Of a stretch of DNA of 64,000 bases, positions 62,375 to 64,000 are shown piece after piece. Each line of letters begins with the position of its first letter. Position 1 is the first letter of the stretch. The position numbers and the translations under genes were made by a program. The DNA comes from Pirellulales bacterium. GTDB taxonomy: Bacteria; Planctomycetota; Planctomycetia; Pirellulales; JAICIG01. The notes under the pieces were generated by a model. It was not told the origin of the DNA and searched no databases. It worked only from the letters and a program-made list of their open reading frames with translations. The DNA is taken from positions 32,001 through 96,000 of the forward strand of contig JBBDYJ010000020.1 in the NCBI GenBank assembly GCA_040901675.1, in the 5' to 3' direction.

Positions 62375-64000
62375 GTGAACGAACGAGAGCTGTTTATCGC
62401 CGCGCTGCAGATCGATGACGATGCCCAGCGCGCGGCCTACCTGGACGAGGCGTGTAGCGGCGATGCCGGGCTGCGAGAGCGCGTGGAGGCCTTGCTGAAG
62501 GCCTTCACCGAGGCGGGGAGCTTTTTGCAGCAGCCGGCCCTCGAATCCAGCGCCACGGTGGTTGAGCCGGCGGCCGAGAAGCCGGGTGCGCTGATCGGGC
62601 CCTATAAGCTGCTCCAGGTGGTCGGCGAAGGGGGAATGGGCGTGGTCTGGATGGCCGAGCAGTCGCACCCCATGCAGCGCCGCGTGGCGCTGAAGATCAT
62701 CAAGCCGGGGATGGACACGCGGCAGGTGATTGCCCGATTTGAAGCGGAGCGGCAGGCGCTGGCCGTGATGGACCACCCCCATATCGCCAAAGTCTTTGAC
62801 GCGGGCACGACCGATACCGGCCGGCCGTACTTCGTGATGGAGCTGGTCAAGGGACAGCCGATCACCGCGTATTGCGATGAGCATTGCCTGACGCCTCGCC
62901 AGCGGCTGGAGTTGTTCGTGCCGGTCTGCCAGGCACTGCAGCACGCGCACCAGAAGGGGATCATCCATCGCGACATCAAGCCCTCCAACGTGCTGATCGC
63001 CCCCTACGACGGCAAACCCGTGGTCAAGGTGATCGACTTCGGCGTCGCCAAGGCCACCGGCCAGCGGCTGACCGAGAAGACCCTGTTCACGGAATTCGGT
63101 GCGGTGGTGGGGACGGTCGAGTACATGAGCCCTGAGCAGGCCGAGCTGAACAACCAGGACATCGATACGCGCAGCGACATCTACTCGCTGGGAGTTCTCT
63201 TGTACGAGCTGCTGACCGGGACTACCCCGCTGAGCCGCGAGCGGCTGAAGCAGGCGGCCTTCGCGGAGATGTTGCGGATCATCCGCGAGGAGGAGCCGCC
63301 AAAGCCGAGCCGGCGGTTGTCGGATTCGACCGATTCGCTGCCGTCAATCTCCGCGCAGCGACAAATGGAGCCGGAGAAGCTGACCCGGCTGGTGCGCGGC
63401 GAGTTGGACTGGATCGTGATGAAGAGCCTGGAAAAAGACCGCAACCGCCGTTACGAAACGGCCAACGGCCTGGCCGCCGACGTCGAGCGCTATCTGAGCG
63501 ATGAGCCGGTGCAGGCCTGCCCCCCCTCGGCGAGCTATTTGCTCCGCAAATTCGTTCAGCGGCATAAGGGCCTAGTGGCTACGGCTTCTCTCATCCTGAT
63601 TGCATTGCTGATAGCAATCGCCGGCACAACCTGGGGCTTGGTGCAGGCTGAGCGTGGACGCAGCGCCGCAGAACAGGCGCGCAGCGGGGAGGCCAGCCAG
63701 CGCGCCGAGGCAGTCGGAAACCTCTACGACTCTCTGGTCGGCGAGGCCCGAGCGCTCCGGCTGGCGCGCGTCGTCGGTTATCGCGAGCAGGCCTGGCAGC
63801 GGTTGCGCCAGGCGGCGGAGCTTGGTACTCCGAAGCGCGACCTGGTCCAACTCCGGAGGGAAGCCGCAGCATGCTTGGGCGATTTTGTCGGGCTGGATCC
63901 AACAGTTCTCAAGGACTTTGGGGACAGACGTATCAGTGCGATCGCGCTTCATCCGCGGGGGCACCAGTTGGCGCTCGGGTTCACGGACGGATCGCTCTCG
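62375..64000 (+). CDS. Ser/Thr protein kinase, partial (runs off window; TM then start of WD40-like repeats)
   Basis: Manual translation from GTG 62375: NERELFIAAL, GEGGMG, HRDIKPSN, DFGVAK, YMSPEQ; absent from the ORF track because there is no stop. Confidence 0.92.
   Translation, partial: MNERELFIAALQIDDDAQRAAYLDEACSGDAGLRERVEALLKAFTEAGSFLQQPALESSATVVEPAAEKPGALIGPYKLLQVVGEGGMGVVWMAEQSHPMQRRVALKIIKPGMDTRQVIARFEAERQALAVMDHPHIAKVFDAGTTDTGRPYFVMELVKGQPITAYCDEHCLTPRQRLELFVPVCQALQHAHQKGIIHRDIKPSNVLIAPYDGKPVVKVIDFGVAKATGQRLTEKTLFTEFGAVVGTVEYMSPEQAELNNQDIDTRSDIYSLGVLLYELLTGTTPLSRERLKQAAFAEMLRIIREEEPPKPSRRLSDSTDSLPSISAQRQMEPEKLTRLVRGELDWIVMKSLEKDRNRRYETANGLAADVERYLSDEPVQACPPSASYLLRKFVQRHKGLVATASLILIALLIAIAGTTWGLVQAERGRSAAEQARSGEASQRAEAVGNLYDSLVGEARALRLARVVGYREQAWQRLRQAAELGTPKRDLVQLRREAAACLGDFVGLDPTVLKDFGDRRISAIALHPRGHQLALGFTDGSLS

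Overview
GC-rich bacterial chromosomal window. Gene content and repeat style suggest a planctomycete (inference). It is mostly housekeeping and signalling genes: sodA, purF, proB, nagB, lexA, gatCAB, rpmB, hisN, lspA, thrC, dapB, thiC, metH, a two-component pair, three protein phosphatases, an HD-PAS-GGDEF protein and two ECF sigma/Ser-Thr kinase pairs. Intergenic spaces are crowded with GTAG-type REP palindromes and 7/8/14/18-mer tandem repeats. No rRNA, tRNA, CRISPR array or transposase was recognised. Best novelty candidates: (1) a 563-bp cassette (48974-49536) carrying a four-helix-bundle gene, bounded by perfect 18-bp inverted repeats whose ends coincide with the upstream gene's stop codon and the downstream gene's start codon; (2) a consensus sigma70 promoter, ~60-nt two-hairpin RNA, terminator and NYN ribonuclease gene, laid out like an RNA-antitoxin system; (3) probable non-AUG starts (ATC, ATT, possibly CTG); (4) a conserved bipartite motif between each ECF gene and its kinase; (5) a sigma54-driven pair of paralogous unknown proteins. 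All calls were made by eye without database searches.
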